Below, one piece after another: positions 6,352 to 6,866 of a stretch of DNA of 6,866 nt. The notes under the pieces were generated by a model. That model searched no databases, was not told where the DNA came from, and saw nothing but the letters and a program-made list of their open reading frames with translations. This DNA comes from Candidatus Vampirococcus lugosii. GTDB taxonomy: Bacteria; Patescibacteriota; Gracilibacteria; Absconditabacterales; Absconditicoccaceae. The stretch covers positions 1 to 6,866 of the forward strand of contig NZ_JAEDAM010000069.1 in the NCBI RefSeq assembly GCF_018420025.1, in the 5' to 3' direction. The translations under genes were made by a program, and so were the position numbers. How positions within the stretch are numbered: the stretch's first letter is position 1; each line of letters begins with the position of its first letter.

Positions 6352-6866
6352 TTATAATCAAAATATAGCAAAAGCTATCATCAAGTAAAATAAATTTTCA
6401 TATCCTGCACTATCTGTATATTCAAAAAAGTTTCATTTCAAAACATATAGTATAGTTCATATACAAACAAAATATAATAAATTTCAAAATATAAATCATC
6501 TATAAAGTTTTATAGGGTTTTTCTTATATATGTAGATAAATGAAAATAAAAAGATTATAAAACAAGCTATGATACTTGATATAACTGCTCCATATACTCA
6601 TATAAAAAGTATCAAAGCTCCATTTATGAGAATATTTACAAGTACAACAAAAGCTATTATCTTTACTCTATTTTTAGGTTTTCCATAAGCATTTATCACT
6701 ACAAAATTTAACTGAAATAAGACTTTTAGAACCAAAAATAAAGCTATTATCACTTGCAAGAAATATAGTGTCTTGATAATCTTGAAATATAATTCATTCT
6801 TTTTTAAGAACTGTTTCAAAGCTAATATATGAATTTTTTTTAAGTTTTGTTGAAAGTTCAAGTTTG
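6352..6866 (-). CDS. Polysaccharide/O-unit flippase of the Wzx/MOP superfamily, C-terminal part (5' end lies beyond the right edge)
   Basis: With TGA=Gly the minus frame is open from the window edge to TAA 6354..6352: ...NFVVINAYGKPKNRVKIIAFVVLVNILINGALILFIGVYGAVISSIIACFIIFLFSFIYIYKKNPIKLYRGFIFGNLLYFVCIGTILYVLKGNFFEYTDSAGYENLFYLMIAFAIFGL. It has successive hydrophobic helices and a G-x-x-GA-x-I-S motif typical of flippase C-terminal halves. The 87-aa track ORF is an internal piece of this gene. Confidence 0.55.

Noticed and set aside
6598-6861. 87-aa minus-strand ORF from the track treated as a complete gene
   Set aside because: Its initial M is a TTG inside a longer open frame that enters from the window edge. 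Its terminating TGA (6600..6598) is a Gly codon here. It is an internal piece of the flippase CDS 6352 to beyond 6866.
1-6866. TGA = Trp (table 4, Mycoplasma/Spiroplasma-like), the more common explanation for an AT-rich sequence full of in-frame TGA
   Set aside because: TGA falls on invariant glycines of well-known motifs (GxxxxGKS, PARGxSKG, EGxG, GDG, YGGxP). Tryptophan there would destroy them. Ordinary TGG codons supply Trp at plausible positions.
1-6866. Search for tRNA, rRNA, other structured RNA genes or CRISPR arrays
   Set aside because: No GC-enriched segment with cloverleaf-type complementarity is visible, and there is no regularly spaced repeat-spacer structure. The only long exact repeat is the 41-bp pair.

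Overview
This is very AT-rich bacterial DNA. Under the standard code it looks almost ORF-free, with only three short ORFs in the supplied track. It becomes gene-dense once TGA is translated as glycine (translation table 25, known from the CPR lineages Gracilibacteria/BD1-5 and Absconditabacteria/SR1). TGA falls on invariant Gly positions in every recognisable protein (Walker A GxxxxGKS, PARGxSKG, GGxD, EGxG), Trp is still TGG, and TAA/TAG still terminate.

Read this way, the window is an accessory surface-glycan locus:
- Minus strand: a fused PseF-like cytidylyltransferase / PseG-like hydrolase (196-1818). It is followed by the 5' end of a NeuB/PseI-type synthase that is broken by an inversion-type junction near 114.
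- Plus strand: a sulfotransferase-like N-terminal stub abutting a 5'-truncated GT-B glycosyltransferase (ends 3215).
- Plus strand: an intact COG1373-type AAA+ ATPase with a DUF4143-like C-terminus (3288-4532).
- Plus strand: an internally deleted glycosyltransferase remnant with an in-frame TAG (4710-5105).
- Plus strand: a decayed AbiEi/AbiEii toxin-antitoxin cassette (5519-6279), bracketed by a perfect 41-bp direct repeat (5282-5322 and 6296-6336).
- Right edge: the 3' end of a minus-strand Wzx/MOP-type flippase (6352 to beyond 6866).

Only two or three of about nine gene-like units look intact. I saw no rRNA, tRNA or CRISPR array. All translations and counts were done by hand from the sequence. 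Family assignments rest on remembered motifs, not on database searches.
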